DNA of 64,000 nt from an uncultured Gemmatimonadaceae bacterium (GCA_963843845.1 CAWJMB010000002.1:2688001-2752000), one strand, 5' to 3'; positions 41,501 to 52,334 are shown, counted from the first letter of the stretch. Made by a program: numbers and translations. Notes: generated from the sequence alone by a model not told the origin.

Positions 41501-42724
41501 ATGCCGCCCCCCCGCCGCATTCTCCACTACGACATCGACACCTTCTTCACGCAGTGCGCCGCCGCGGAGTGGCCGGAGACCGCGGGGAAGGCCGAGCTCC
41601 TCGTCGTCGGCGGGAGTGCGCAGTCGCGGGGCGTCGTGACGTCGGCCAGCTACAAGGCGCGCGAGTTCGGCATCCGCGCCGGGATGCCCGCCGCCCAGGC
41701 GCACCGCCTCTGCCCGCAAGCCCTGTTCGTTCCGGTCCCGCGCGAGATGGTCGGGCGGAAGTCCCGCGCCGTCGTCGCGGCGATCGAGGCGCGCTGCCCG
41801 CACGTCGCGCCGCGCGGCGTCGACGAAGGCTATGTCGACCTCACCGGCACCGACGCGCTGCCCACCTTCGCCGACGCCGGCGCGTTCGCCCGCGCGCTGC
41901 GCGCCGCCGTGCGCGACGAGACCGGGATGACGCTGTCGATGGCCGTCGCGCCGAACATCCTCGTCGCGAAAGTCGCCGTCGACTACGCGAAGCCGGGACG
42001 AGGCGGCGACGGCGTCATCGTCGTCGAGCCGGGCGCCGTCGCGGCGTTCATGGCGCGCCTCGCGTTAGGCGAGCTGCCCGGCATCGGACCGGTGTTCGCC
42101 GACAGGCTCGCGCGCATGGGGCTCACGCGGGTCCCCGACGTCCTCCCGCTCGACGTCGCGACGCTCGAGCGCATGCTCGGCGCGAACACCGGACGGTGGC
42201 TGCACGAGCGGGTGCGGGGGATTCACGACGCGCCCGTCGAGCGCCGCCGGGTCCAGAAGTCGGTCGGACGCGAGGACACCTTCTCGCGCGATCTGCACGA
42301 CGATGCGGCGATCGAGCACGAGCTGCTGCGACTGTGCGAGAAGGTCGGCGGGGACCTGCGCGGCGACGGGCTCCGGGCGCGGACGGTGACGGTGAAGATC
42401 AAGGACGGCGACTTCACGCAGCGGCAGGCGGGGCGCACGCTGCCGTACCCGATCGAGTCGAATCGGGCGATCTGGGAAGTCGCGCGCGAGCTCCTGCTCC
42501 GCCTGCGCCGCGCGCGCCGAGTCGGGGCGCGGCTCGTCGGCGTGACGCTGTCGCAGTTCGACGACGTCGCGACGCCCGAGCAGCTCGCGCTCTTTCCGGC
42601 CGAGGCGGAGGCGGCCGACGAGCCGGTCGAGACCGAGCGCGACCGCACGCTCTCGCGCACGGTCGACACGATCCGTGCGCGCTTCGGCCGCGACGCGATT
42701 CTGCCGGTCGACCGCAAAGCGTGA
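41501..42724 (+). CDS. dinB: DNA polymerase IV (Y family)
   Basis: ILHYDIDTFF, RGVVTSASYKAREFGIRAGMP, VDEGYVD, LPGIG, KSVGREDTF, clamp-binding-like QLALF. Confidence 0.93.
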   Translation: MPPPRRILHYDIDTFFTQCAAAEWPETAGKAELLVVGGSAQSRGVVTSASYKAREFGIRAGMPAAQAHRLCPQALFVPVPREMVGRKSRAVVAAIEARCPHVAPRGVDEGYVDLTGTDALPTFADAGAFARALRAAVRDETGMTLSMAVAPNILVAKVAVDYAKPGRGGDGVIVVEPGAVAAFMARLALGELPGIGPVFADRLARMGLTRVPDVLPLDVATLERMLGANTGRWLHERVRGIHDAPVERRRVQKSVGREDTFSRDLHDDAAIEHELLRLCEKVGGDLRGDGLRARTVTVKIKDGDFTQRQAGRTLPYPIESNRAIWEVARELLLRLRRARRVGARLVGVTLSQFDDVATPEQLALFPAEAEAADEPVETERDRTLSRTVDTIRARFGRDAILPVDRKA

Positions 42725-42850
42725 GACCGTCGTCGCCCTCTGCCGCGCGCTCCGCACGCCGCGTTAGATTCTGCCTCGTTCCGGGCACGACTTCCGCGAC
42801 ACGCGTTCGCGACCCGCGCCCGCGGCCTGCACCCGCTCCGAGCGACTTCG

Positions 42851-43177
42851 ATGGCTACCACGCCCGTTCTGCCGCCCAACAAGCACATCCCCTACAAGAA
42901 GGGGGGGTGGGGTGCCGCGATCCTCACGACCGCCGCGGCCGCCGGCGCGTTTCTCACGGCGTGGTACATCCACAACCAGACGTACCGTCACCCGCGCGAC
43001 ATCATGATGCGCGAGACGTTCGAGCTGACGGCCGGCCCGACGGCGTCGGGGCGGTACGTGAAGGCGCCAGATGGACCGGCGGCGGCCGGCGGCCATGCCG
43101 CGCCGGCGGGCGCGCCTGCGGGTGAGCACGGCGCGCCCGCCGAGAAGGGCGCCGCGCCCGCCGCGACGAAGCACTGA
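42851..43177 (+). CDS. Small single-TM hypothetical protein
   Basis: Plausible codon use; one TM (WGAAILTTAAAAGAFLTAWYI); Ala/Pro-rich tail. Confidence 0.6.
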   Translation: MATTPVLPPNKHIPYKKGGWGAAILTTAAAAGAFLTAWYIHNQTYRHPRDIMMRETFELTAGPTASGRYVKAPDGPAAAGGHAAPAGAPAGEHGAPAEKGAAPAATKH

Positions 43178-43192
43178 GTCGGCCGGCCGCGA

Positions 43193-44011
43193 TCAGCCGA
43201 TCGCGAGCACCATCACGTCGTAGAGCGCGTGCGTCCAGGCGGCGATCCCGAAGCCGCGGAGCACGAACAGCGCGCTGAAGAACAGTCCGGCGATCGCGCG
43301 GAACGCGAACGACTGCACCGTGAACGGGTCGCCGTACGCGCCGACGTAGTGCGCGGCCGCGAAGACGAGCGCGCCGGCGAGCACCGCGATCGCCCCCGCC
43401 ACCGTCGGCCGCAGTCCGCTCCACCGGCGAAGCCCGAACGACAGCGCGCCGACGAGCATCACGCGGAACACGAGCTCTTCGAACAGCCCGGCGCCTAACG
43501 ACAGCATCAGCCGGGTCGGTCCGCCGAGCGCCGCCGCCCCTCCGCTCGGCACCGGGACCGGAACGTCCTGCGCGCCCCGCACCGCCTGCATCACGGCCTC
43601 GACCGCCAGGTGCGGCGTCACGGCGTGCAGCAGCCGCGCCGTGATCGCCGCGACGACGACCCCGCACACGACGGCGAACACCGCCGACTCGGCGAGCATC
43701 AGCCCGAACACGCGCCACCGGAGGCCGCCGCGAGCGCGGCGCAGGTCCCACCCCGCGAGCCCGATGCACGTCAGCGCGACGACGGCGCCGAGCGCGAGCG
43801 CCGCGCGCGGTCCGGCGACGAGCGAGAAGAGCGACGCGAGCAGCACCTCGGCGCCGTTCCGCACCTGCGACGCGCCCGCCGTCGTGAGCAGCGCGGCGAG
43901 CCCCTCGTAGAGCGCGAGGAGCGGCAGGACGAACAGCAGGCTGTAGCGGGGCGCCCGGCTGAGCTGCCAGTACGACGACGAGTTCGAGACGAGCGGCGCG
44001 AGTGAAGGCAC
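43193..44011 (-). CDS. CPBP (Abi/CAAX) family intramembrane metalloprotease
   Basis: AGLFEELVFR, FAAAHY, AWTHALYD; multiple TMs; start inferred. Confidence 0.88.
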   Translation of the reverse strand: MPSLAPLVSNSSSYWQLSRAPRYSLLFVLPLLALYEGLAALLTTAGASQVRNGAEVLLASLFSLVAGPRAALALGAVVALTCIGLAGWDLRRARGGLRWRVFGLMLAESAVFAVVCGVVVAAITARLLHAVTPHLAVEAVMQAVRGAQDVPVPVPSGGAAALGGPTRLMLSLGAGLFEELVFRVMLVGALSFGLRRWSGLRPTVAGAIAVLAGALVFAAAHYVGAYGDPFTVQSFAFRAIAGLFFSALFVLRGFGIAAWTHALYDVMVLAIG

Positions 44012-44110
44012 GAGAAATAGTACGTCGGGCGCGCGCCGTGAGGTTCCGGTTCTGGACACCTTAGATTTTTCCACGATTCCCCGACCCACGTCTCTCCCTC
44101 TCGTCGCTCG

Positions 44111-45040
44111 ATGCGTCTCGGTTCGTACCTCGTCGTGCTGTCGTCGATCACAGCGTCCGTCCTCGGCGCGCAGAAGCAGCCCGCGCGCGTCGCGAAGGCG
44201 GTCGTGGACTCCGGGCCGAAGCTCTGGCCGGTCGCGAACGCGCCGAGGCCGCTCCCCGGGGCGATCCTGCCGCAGAAGCGCATCGTCGCCTACTACGGCA
44301 ACCCGCTGTCGAAGCGGATGGGCATCCTCGGCGAGCTGCCGCCCGAGCAGATGCTGGCGCGCCTCGATCGGGAGACCGCGCGGTGGAACGCGGCCGACCC
44401 GGCGCACCCGGTGCAGCCCGCGCTGCACCTCGTCGTCTCGGTCGCGCAGGCCGACCCCGGCAAGGATGGGATGTACCGCCAGCGCTCGGTGCCGGCGCTC
44501 ATCGAGAAGGTCTACGGGTGGGCGCGGCAGCGGAATGCGCTGCTCTTTCTCGACGTGCAGCTCGGCAAGAGTACGCTCGAGAACGAACTCGAGCCGCTGC
44601 TCCCCTACCTGCGCCGCCCGGACGTGCACCTCGGCCTCGACCCGGAGTTCGCGATGACGAAAGGGGGGCTGCCGGGAAAGCGCATCGGGACGCTCGACGC
44701 GCGGCACATCAACCACGCCGCCGGCGTCCTCGCCGACCTCGTGACGCAGCACCGACTGCCGCCGAAGGTGCTGGTCGTGCACCGCTTCACGAAGCCGATG
44801 CTGACGAACGCCCAGAACGTGAAGCTCGATCCGCGCGTGCAGATCGTCGTGAACATGGACGGCTGGGGCCCACCGCACATCAAGCGGTCGTCGTACGAGC
44901 GGTACATCTACCCGTACCCGATCGAGTACACGGGCTTCAAGCTGTTCTACCACAACGACACGAAGTCGGGGACGGCGCTCATGACGCCGAGCGCGGTGCT
45001 CGCGCTGCGTCCCGTGCCGTACTACATCCAGTACCAGTGA
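44111..45040 (+). CDS. Secreted hypothetical protein, possible TIM-barrel carbohydrate-active enzyme
   Basis: Signal peptide; RIVAYYGNP, LFLDVQ, HLGLDPEF, MDGWG, GFKLFY, YIQYQ. Confidence 0.7.
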   Translation: MRLGSYLVVLSSITASVLGAQKQPARVAKAVVDSGPKLWPVANAPRPLPGAILPQKRIVAYYGNPLSKRMGILGELPPEQMLARLDRETARWNAADPAHPVQPALHLVVSVAQADPGKDGMYRQRSVPALIEKVYGWARQRNALLFLDVQLGKSTLENELEPLLPYLRRPDVHLGLDPEFAMTKGGLPGKRIGTLDARHINHAAGVLADLVTQHRLPPKVLVVHRFTKPMLTNAQNVKLDPRVQIVVNMDGWGPPHIKRSSYERYIYPYPIEYTGFKLFYHNDTKSGTALMTPSAVLALRPVPYYIQYQ

Positions 45041-45867
45041 CCGCTCCCGCCCCGTTAGGCACCGTCGCCTCGCTCCACCTCTATCCGGTGAAGTCGTTGG
45101 GCGGGGTGCGGGTCGACGCGGCGGCCGTGACCGACTTCGGCCTCGCGCTCGACCGCCGCTGGCTGCTCGTCGACGACGGCGGGACCTTCCTCACGCAGCG
45201 CACGCTGCCACGCATGGCGCGGGCGCATGCGACGCCGTCGGGCGCCGGCGCGATCCGACTCACGACGCCCGGGCACGAGCCGCTCGACGTCGTCCCGCCG
45301 CCGCCAGACGCGCCGCGCCGGATCGTCCAGATCTGGGACGACGCGGTCGACGCGCAGTGCTACGACGCCGACATCGATGCGTGGTGCAGCGAGGCGATCG
45401 GGCACGCGTGCCACCTCGTCTACATGCCCGACGACGTGCGGCGCCCCGTCGACCCGGCATACGCGGGGCCGGACGACCGCGCCGCGTTCAGCGACGGATT
45501 CCCCCTGCTCGTGCTCTCCGACGCGTCGCTCGCCGATCTCAACGCGCGCCTCGCCGAGCGCGGCATCGAGCCGGTCGTCGTCGAGCGCTTTCGCCCGAAC
45601 GTCGTCGTCACCGACACGGCGCCGTTCGCCGAGGACACGTGGCGCGACGTGGCGGCAGGCGACGTGCAGCTGCGCATCGTGAAGCCGTGCGGGCGCTGCG
45701 TCCTCACGACGGTGGACCCCGCGACGGCCGAGGTCTCGCCGCGCGGCGAGCCGCTCCGGACGCTCGCGACCTACCGCACGCGCGGCGCCAAGGTCATGTT
45801 CGCGCAGAACGCGCTCGTCGTCCGCGGCGGCACTCTCCGCGTCGGCGACGCGGTGGTACCGGCGTAG
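45037..45867 (+). CDS. MOSC domain protein (YcbX/mARC-like)
   Basis: LYPVKS, DRRWLLVD, FSDGFPLL, RFRPNVVV, KPCGRC, FAQN. Confidence 0.92.
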   Translation: MTAPAPLGTVASLHLYPVKSLGGVRVDAAAVTDFGLALDRRWLLVDDGGTFLTQRTLPRMARAHATPSGAGAIRLTTPGHEPLDVVPPPPDAPRRIVQIWDDAVDAQCYDADIDAWCSEAIGHACHLVYMPDDVRRPVDPAYAGPDDRAAFSDGFPLLVLSDASLADLNARLAERGIEPVVVERFRPNVVVTDTAPFAEDTWRDVAAGDVQLRIVKPCGRCVLTTVDPATAEVSPRGEPLRTLATYRTRGAKVMFAQNALVVRGGTLRVGDAVVPA

Positions 45868-45885
45868 CGCGCTCGAATCGGGGAT

Positions 45886-45971
45886 TCGCGATCGTCGGTG
45901 TCGCGATCGTCGGTGTCGCGATCGTCGGTGTCGCGATCGTCGGTGTCGCGATCGTCGGTGTCGCGATCGTC
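45886..45971. repeat. 15-bp tandem repeat TCGCGATCGTCGGTG x5.7
   Basis: Five exact copies plus a partial, between convergent genes; no spacers. Confidence 0.95.
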
Positions 45972-45999
45972 CGACCGAGGCCGCTCGTCGTCGCGCTGG

Positions 46000-48342
46000 C
46001 TAGGTGGCGGACGCCTGCGACGTGTCGAACAATCGCGCCGCCGCACCGTGGATGATCGCGACCTGGCGCGCGACGCGATCGAGACCGACGCTCGCCGCAG
46101 GAAGCTCGAGCGTCGTGCGAACGGCACGCGCGTCCGCCGTGCCGTCGCCGCGCGGCCGCGCGTAGCGGGCGACGACCGACGGCAGCGGCGCCGGCGCGCG
46201 CTGGGCGGGGAGGGCCTCGGCGACGTCGGCGAGCACCGCGTCGATCGCCCGCGCGAGCGCCGCCTGCTCCGCGCTCGGCGGGCCGCGGTGTGCGGCGCTG
46301 ACGGCGAGCAGCGTCAGCGCCCCCGACGCCCGGCGCGCGAAGGTGAGCAGCGTCATGATCGTCTCGACGTCGCGCAGCGCGCCGGGCGGCTCGGCGACGA
46401 GTCGCTGCACGGCGGCGTCGACGTTGTTGTTCGCGAGTCCGGTCGCGCGCCGCGCCGCGGCGACGTCGCCGGGGGACGCACGCGAGGTGCCGAACGCCTG
46501 CCACTCGATCGCGCAGAAGTACGTGCGCAGCGCCGCGATCATCGCGCCGAGCTCGGACGGAAGGCGGTAGCGCTCCCAGCTCGGCCAGAGCGCGCGGCTC
46601 GCGCCTAACGCGAGCAGCCCACCGGCGAGCGTGTCGAGGGCGCGGACGCCGGCGAGCTGGTAGTCCCCCATCGCCGGCTCGGCGAGCAGCACGAACACGG
46701 GGGTGAGGAAGAACGTGAACAGGCCGTAGTGCACCGCTCGCACGGCGATGCTCGCCACCGCGAGCGGGAACATGATCCCCGCCATCGCGAGCCGGTCGTG
46801 CACGAACGCCGCGAGCAGCGCCGCCACGACCCCCCCGAGGACCGTCCACGTCACCCGCTCGACGCTTCGACGCAGCGTGGGGCCCGCGTGTGGCTGCAGG
46901 ACGAGCAGCGCCGTCGTCGTGATCCACGTCGCGTGCGCGATGTCGAGGAGCAGCCCGATCCAGGTCGCGATCGCCGCGACGACGCCGACGCGTGCCGCGT
47001 GGCGCAGCATGAGCGAGTCGGTCGTGAGGTTCGCGCGGAGCGGTGCCCAGAGCCCCGCGCCGCCCGACCCGTCGGCGCGCGGCGCGCCGTCCGGACCCGA
47101 GTCGATGCGGGGCGCCGACGGCGACGCGGTGCGGCTCGGCGCCGACGCCGAGCCGCTGACGAGTGCGTCGGCCGTGTCGGCGGCCGAGTCGGCGAGCGTC
47201 GCCGCGTGCTCGAGCAGCGCGGCGGCCTGCAGCGCCGGCGCGACTCGGTCGACCGCGTCTCCCGCGCGCCGCTCGGCCGCCTCGACGGCGTCCCAGAGCG
47301 CGACGACGGCGCGGTCCACGGCCGGGCGCGGCGCGGGCGGCGCCGTCCGCCACCGACCGAAGAGCGGGATGTGTGTGCCCAACGCCGCGAGCGCGTCACC
47401 GAGCGAGCGGAGCGCGGCGGCCGCGGCGGCGACGATGGCCGCGTCCACGACGGCCACGTCACCGTTCCGCCGCGCGCCCGCGGCGCGCGCCGCCACCTCC
47501 ACCGACTCGGCGACGGCGATCAGCGCCTCGAACTCCTGGTCCGCGATCTCGAGCAGCACGACGAGCTGCTCGCCGCGCGCGCTCGCCCCCGTGCGCGACC
47601 GCCGCGTCTCACCGAGCGTCGCGCGGGCGACCTCGATCGTGGTGCGGATGCGCAGGTGCTCGCGCAGCGCGACGGCGTGCCACGCGTCGCGCTCGTGCGG
47701 CGTGTCGGCGACGACGCGTGCCAGGCTGCGCGCCAACTCGGCGAGCGCGTCGTAGCACTCGGCGATCGCGCGGCGCGCGGGCTGCCACGGGCGCAGCGGC
47801 CAGACGACGAGCGCGAGCGCCGCCGCGGCGAGACTGCCGCCGCCGATGAACGCGCCGCGCGCGAGCGCGCCGTCGACGAGCGTTCGACCGTCGAATACCG
47901 GGGTGCCTAACGACGCGACGAAGACGATCGCGAGGAGGTTGCCCACCGTCGTCGCCGCGTCGCCGTAGACGCGGAGCATGGCGCCGCCCGTCGCCCACAG
48001 CAGCACGAGCGGCACGGCGAACCACCCGGCCCGCCCGGCGAACGCGCCGAGCGACGCCGCGACCGCGCCGCCGACGGCGAACGCTCCCATCGCTCGCGCC
48101 CGCGACCGGTATGCGCCCCCGGCGTCGGCGAACGTCGTCAGCCACCCGCCGAGCGCGGCCCAGACGAGGCGCGTGTCGCCCGTCGCCCACGCGGCGGCGA
48201 TCGGAACGACCGTCGCCGTCGCGGCGCGCACGCCGGCGAGCAGCGACGCCCGCGAGGTGAGGCGCCCCGCCGGGAGCTGCAATGCCGCGCGGACGACGCC
48301 TGACGTGCGCGGGAACGCCGTCGCAGAAGGAGGAGCACTCAC
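46000..48342 (-). CDS. FUSC family (YccS/YhfK-like) membrane protein
   Basis: N-terminal TM bundle (ADAGGAY), helical linker, LRHAARVG...[12 protein letters not shown]...RALDTLAG...LWPSWE. Confidence 0.88.
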   Translation of the reverse strand: MSAPPSATAFPRTSGVVRAALQLPAGRLTSRASLLAGVRAATATVVPIAAAWATGDTRLVWAALGGWLTTFADAGGAYRSRARAMGAFAVGGAVAASLGAFAGRAGWFAVPLVLLWATGGAMLRVYGDAATTVGNLLAIVFVASLGTPVFDGRTLVDGALARGAFIGGGSLAAAALALVVWPLRPWQPARRAIAECYDALAELARSLARVVADTPHERDAWHAVALREHLRIRTTIEVARATLGETRRSRTGASARGEQLVVLLEIADQEFEALIAVAESVEVAARAAGARRNGDVAVVDAAIVAAAAAALRSLGDALAALGTHIPLFGRWRTAPPAPRPAVDRAVVALWDAVEAAERRAGDAVDRVAPALQAAALLEHAATLADSAADTADALVSGSASAPSRTASPSAPRIDSGPDGAPRADGSGGAGLWAPLRANLTTDSLMLRHAARVGVVAAIATWIGLLLDIAHATWITTTALLVLQPHAGPTLRRSVERVTWTVLGGVVAALLAAFVHDRLAMAGIMFPLAVASIAVRAVHYGLFTFFLTPVFVLLAEPAMGDYQLAGVRALDTLAGGLLALGASRALWPSWERYRLPSELGAMIAALRTYFCAIEWQAFGTSRASPGDVAAARRATGLANNNVDAAVQRLVAEPPGALRDVETIMTLLTFARRASGALTLLAVSAAHRGPPSAEQAALARAIDAVLADVAEALPAQRAPAPLPSVVARYARPRGDGTADARAVRTTLELPAASVGLDRVARQVAIIHGAAARLFDTSQASAT

Positions 48343-48527
48343 GATGCGCGGAGGATCGTCCCGCGGGTGACGCGGTACAACCCCTCGGTCGCGGCGGAGC
48401 CTCAGCGCTTCCCCTTCGCTCCGCGTCCTCTAGTAGAATGCCTGCACCGTATCGTGCGTGTTGCGCTGCGGGCGCGTCGGCTTCGACTCCGAAGATCGAC
48501 GCCGTTCCCTTCTGCCCCACTCTCTCG

Positions 48528-51095
48528 ATGACGAAGCGAGTCGCTTCCCTGCTCGCGACGGTCGCCGTCGCCGGCTGCGCGCGCAGCGCGGCCACGCCGG
48601 CGCCCACGCCGACCCCTGCGAACGCGCCCCGCCCGACGGGCGCGTCGTTCCCCGCCCAGCAGCCTCCCGCCGGCGACTCCGCCGGCGTGCGACTCGGCGG
48701 CGCGGGCGGCGGCGTGGCGGCGGCCGGCCAGCCGCGGCCGTACAACCGGGTCGTCACGCCCGACGCGAAGACGCGCCGCGGGATGTTCATCGTCCACCGC
48801 GTGAACGACCGACTCCTCTTCGAGATCCCGTCGAGAGAGCTGAACAAGGACATGCTCGCCGTCGGACGCTACGCCGCGGCCGCCGCGAGCAACCCGAACG
48901 CGCCGGGCGGCGGCTTCGGCGAGTACGGCGGCGACCAGTTCGCCGAGCGCACGCTGCGCTGGGAGCGCAACGGGAACCGCGTCGTGCTGCGGTCGCCGTC
49001 GTTCAACATCACGGCGGATACGGGATCGTCGGTCTACCGCGCCGTGCAGAGCTCGAATTACGGGCCGATCGTCGCGGTGCTGAACGTCGAGGCGTATGGC
49101 CCGGACAGCGCGGCGGTCGTCGACGTGACGCGCCTGTTCACGACGAACGTCCCCGAGCTGGCGGCGATCCGTGGCCAGGTCGACGCGACGCGCTCGTACA
49201 TCGAGCGCGCGGTCGCGTTCCCGGACAACGTCGAGGTCGAGGCGACGCAGACGGGGACCGTCGCGGCGACGCCCGGCGCGCCCGGCGGTGGCGGCGCGGC
49301 CGGCGCGGCGCGCCCCGCGCAGAGCGTGCTCGCGCACTGGAGCATCGTCCGCCTCCCCGAGGTGCCGATGCTCGCGCGCCGCTTCGACGAGCGCGTCGGT
49401 TTCTTCTCGCTGCGGAACGTCGACTTCGGCACGAACGAGGCGCGCTCGTCGCGCCGGCAGTACATCACCAAGTACCGGCTCGAGTGCTCGGAGCGGATGG
49501 CGGGGAATCTCTGCTACCCCAAGAAGCCGATCACGTACTACGTCGACCCGGCGACGCCCGACTGGCTCAAGCCGTGGGTGAAGGCCGGCATCCTCGAGTG
49601 GCAGACGGCGTTCGAGGCGGCCGGGTTCAAGGACGGCATCGTCGCCGGTGAGGTGCCCGCGAACGACCCGGACTGGAGCCCGGAAGACATCCGTCACACG
49701 ATGATCCGCTGGCTGCCGTCGACGGTCGAGAACGCGGTCGGGCCGCACGTGCACGACCCGCGCACGGGGGAGATCCTGAACGGCTCCGTGCGGATGTTCC
49801 ACAACGTGATGAACCTGAACCGCTCCTGGTACTTCACGCAGGCGTCCGCGATCGACCCACGCGCCCGGAAGCTGCCGATGCCCGACTCGCTGAGCGGGCG
49901 GCTGCTCCAGTTCGTCGTCGCGCACGAGATCGGCCACACGCTGGGGCTGCAGCACGACCAGATCGGCTCGTCGACCTACCCCGCCGACAGCGTCCGCAGC
50001 GCGAGCTGGGTGCGCCGCATGGGACACTCGCCGAGCATCATGGATTACTCGCGCTACAACTACGTCGCGCAGCCGGAGGACAACATCCCGCTCGACGCGA
50101 TCATCCCGCGCGTCGGCCCGTACGACAAGTTCGCGATCATGTGGGGCTACAAGCCGATCCCGAACGCGCGGACGTCCGACCAGGAGCGCCCGACGCTCGA
50201 CCAGTGGGCGCGCATGCAGGACACGGTGCCCTGGTACCGCTTCTCGGCGAACAACGAGTTCGGCGGCTTCGGGACGCTGAGCGAGGCGGTCGGCGACGCG
50301 GACCCGGTCAAGTCGACGACGCTGGGCTACAAGAACCTGCGCCGCGTGGTCGGCTACATCGTCGACGCCACGCGCCAGCCGCTCGAGGACAACAGCGATC
50401 TCGAGGAGCTCTACAACCGGACCGTCGGTCAGTGGGCGACCGAGGCCGGGCACGTCGCGACGATGGTCGGCGGCGGCACGGTGCAGTACAAGACGGGCGG
50501 CCAGAGCGGCCCGGTCTACGCCGCGCTGTCGCGCGCGAAGCAGGCCGAAGCGGTGCGCTTCCTGAACGAGAACGTGTTCCGCACCCCGACCTTCCTCATC
50601 CTCCCCGAGATCGCCGCGCGCATCGAGGCGGAAGGGATGATCGCGCGCATCAATGGGGCGCAGTCGCGCGTCCTCGCGAGCCTCATGCAGGACGGGCGGC
50701 TGAACCGCCTCCTCGAGCAGGAGGCGATCAACCCGGGCGGCGCCTACCCGCTCTCCGCGATGCTCGACGACGTGCGCCGCGGGATCTGGTCCGAGGTGTA
50801 CATGTCGAGCCCCGACGCGGACGCCTACCGCCGGGAGCTGCAGAGCGACTTCCTCGCGGCGATCGACCGCAAGCTGAACCCGCCGGCGACGGCGCCCGGC
50901 GCCGGCGGTGGCGGCGGCTTCGGCGCGCCGGCCGCTCCGCTCTCCGACGATGCGAAGTCGCAGCTCCGCGGCACGCTCGCCACGCTCCGCACCGACATCC
51001 AGCGCGCCATCCCGCGCACCACGGATCGGTCGACGAAGCTGCACCTGCAGGGCGCGGTGCACCGGATCGACGGGATTCTGGATCCGAAGAAGTGA
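48528..51095 (+). CDS. Zinc-dependent metalloprotease lipoprotein (DUF5117/DUF4953-type)
   Basis: Lipobox [60 protein letters not shown]. Confidence 0.9.
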   Translation: MTKRVASLLATVAVAGCARSAATPAPTPTPANAPRPTGASFPAQQPPAGDSAGVRLGGAGGGVAAAGQPRPYNRVVTPDAKTRRGMFIVHRVNDRLLFEIPSRELNKDMLAVGRYAAAAASNPNAPGGGFGEYGGDQFAERTLRWERNGNRVVLRSPSFNITADTGSSVYRAVQSSNYGPIVAVLNVEAYGPDSAAVVDVTRLFTTNVPELAAIRGQVDATRSYIERAVAFPDNVEVEATQTGTVAATPGAPGGGGAAGAARPAQSVLAHWSIVRLPEVPMLARRFDERVGFFSLRNVDFGTNEARSSRRQYITKYRLECSERMAGNLCYPKKPITYYVDPATPDWLKPWVKAGILEWQTAFEAAGFKDGIVAGEVPANDPDWSPEDIRHTMIRWLPSTVENAVGPHVHDPRTGEILNGSVRMFHNVMNLNRSWYFTQASAIDPRARKLPMPDSLSGRLLQFVVAHEIGHTLGLQHDQIGSSTYPADSVRSASWVRRMGHSPSIMDYSRYNYVAQPEDNIPLDAIIPRVGPYDKFAIMWGYKPIPNARTSDQERPTLDQWARMQDTVPWYRFSANNEFGGFGTLSEAVGDADPVKSTTLGYKNLRRVVGYIVDATRQPLEDNSDLEELYNRTVGQWATEAGHVATMVGGGTVQYKTGGQSGPVYAALSRAKQAEAVRFLNENVFRTPTFLILPEIAARIEAEGMIARINGAQSRVLASLMQDGRLNRLLEQEAINPGGAYPLSAMLDDVRRGIWSEVYMSSPDADAYRRELQSDFLAAIDRKLNPPATAPGAGGGGGFGAPAAPLSDDAKSQLRGTLATLRTDIQRAIPRTTDRSTKLHLQGAVHRIDGILDPKK

Positions 51096-51099
51096 TGTG

Positions 51100-51160
51100 A
51101 CGGCCGGGGATCGGGGGATCGGGAACTGTTAGGCACCCGATCTCCCCGATCCCCGGCCGT
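51100..51160. terminator. Long inverted repeat (about 24-bp stem, 12-nt loop)
   Basis: ACGGCCGGGGATCGGGGGATCGGG-aactgttaggca-CCCGATCTCCCCGATCCCCGGCCGT, immediately after the protease stop. Confidence 0.75.
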
Positions 51161-51230
51161 GTGCGTCTCCACGTCCCGGTCCGCGTTCTCCCGGGTTGGT
51201 GGCAGCGCGCGAGCCGCGTAAGATGCGAGC

Positions 51231-51767
51231 ATGAGCGAACAACAGTTGGCCTCGGAGACCGAGGCCCCGAGCTGCCCGAAGTGCGGCGGCGCGATGTGGG
51301 ACAACCGCGCCTCCAAGCGCAACCCGCGGGCACCGGACTACAAGTGCCGCGACAAGAGCTGCGAGGGGGTCATCTGGCCTCCCCGCGAGGCGGTGGACGC
51401 CGCCGTGACGGCCGCGGCGTCCGAGCCGAACGAGGCGCGGCAGTGGCCCGCCCCCGCCGGCACCGAGGACGACCCGGCCTGCCCCGTGTGCGGCGGCAAG
51501 ATGTGGGACGACCGTCTGTCGAAGCGCAATCCGCGCGCGCCGGACTTCAAGTGCCGCAACAAGCCGAAGGTCATGGGCGGCCCCGGCTGTCAGGGCATCA
51601 TCTGGCCGCCGCGCGACGGTGAGATGCGTGCGGCAGCGCCGGCCGGGCGCCCCGCCGCGGCGCGACCGGCGCCGTCACGCCCGGCCGCGCCGCCACCCAA
51701 GCACGACGCTCCGCCTCCGTCGGACCGCGACTATCCGGGCTACGACGACGACGACCTGCCGTTCTGA
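51231..51767 (+). CDS. Tandem zinc-ribbon repeat protein with SSB-like acidic C-terminal tail
   Basis: Two copies of CPxCGGxMWDxRxSKRNPRAPD(Y/F)KCR..C.G.IWPPR; Pro/Ala linker; ends YDDDDLPF. Confidence 0.8.
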   Translation: MSEQQLASETEAPSCPKCGGAMWDNRASKRNPRAPDYKCRDKSCEGVIWPPREAVDAAVTAAASEPNEARQWPAPAGTEDDPACPVCGGKMWDDRLSKRNPRAPDFKCRNKPKVMGGPGCQGIIWPPRDGEMRAAAPAGRPAAARPAPSRPAAPPPKHDAPPPSDRDYPGYDDDDLPF

Positions 51768-52253
51768 TCGACGGTCGTCGCGCCGGCCGCCGCCTCGACC
51801 GCCGCTCCGGCGTGCGACGCGAGGCGGTCGGCGAGCGCCTCGAGCGGCCGGGTGCGCCGCCGCACGGTTCCCGTGAACACCGTTCGCGCGACCACGTAGC
51901 TCGTGCCGACGAGCGCGGCCCGGATCCCCGCCGCCGCGACGCCCGACTGAAAGGTCGCGAGCCCGACGCCGACGGCGATGCCGCTTCCGCCGCCGATGCC
52001 GCCCATGACGCCGCCGAAGATGCCGCCGGCGAAGTTTCCCGTCGCCTCGTCGACGCGGGTCGTCGTCGTGCCACCGCGCGCGACGACCGTCACGCTCACC
52101 TGCCGCCCCCGCTGGCGACGGTGTCCGAACCCCGGCATCGACGTCCTCGTGAGCGTCCGGCCGAGGAGGCTCACGGAGCCGACGTCGTTCAGCGCGCGGC
52201 GGATGATGAGCGAGACCTCGTCGTCGTAGCGACGGGGCGGGCGCGACGTTCAC
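51740..52253 (-). pseudogene. Probable degraded or misassembled membrane-protein gene
   Basis: Coding-like frame RYDDEVSLIIRRALNDVGSVSLLGRTLT...GNFAGGIFGGVMGGIGGG; the GTG near 52253 is out of frame. Confidence 0.4.
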
Positions 52254-52269
52254 GGTGACCCCGGCACGC

Positions 52270-52334
52270 GCCTGTCGGCACCTGCCTGTCGGCACCTGCC
52301 CGACGGCACCGGCCTGACGGCACCCTGCCTAACG
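52270..52334. repeat. Degenerate 14-bp tandem repeat (GCCTGTCGGCACCT-like x4) ending in GCCTAACG
   Basis: gcctgtcggcacct gcctgtcggcacct gcccgacggcaccg gcctgacggcaccct gcctaacg. Confidence 0.8.

Noticed and set aside
45886..45971. CRISPR-like array
   Set aside because: 15-bp units abut with no spacers and there are no cas genes; simple VNTR.
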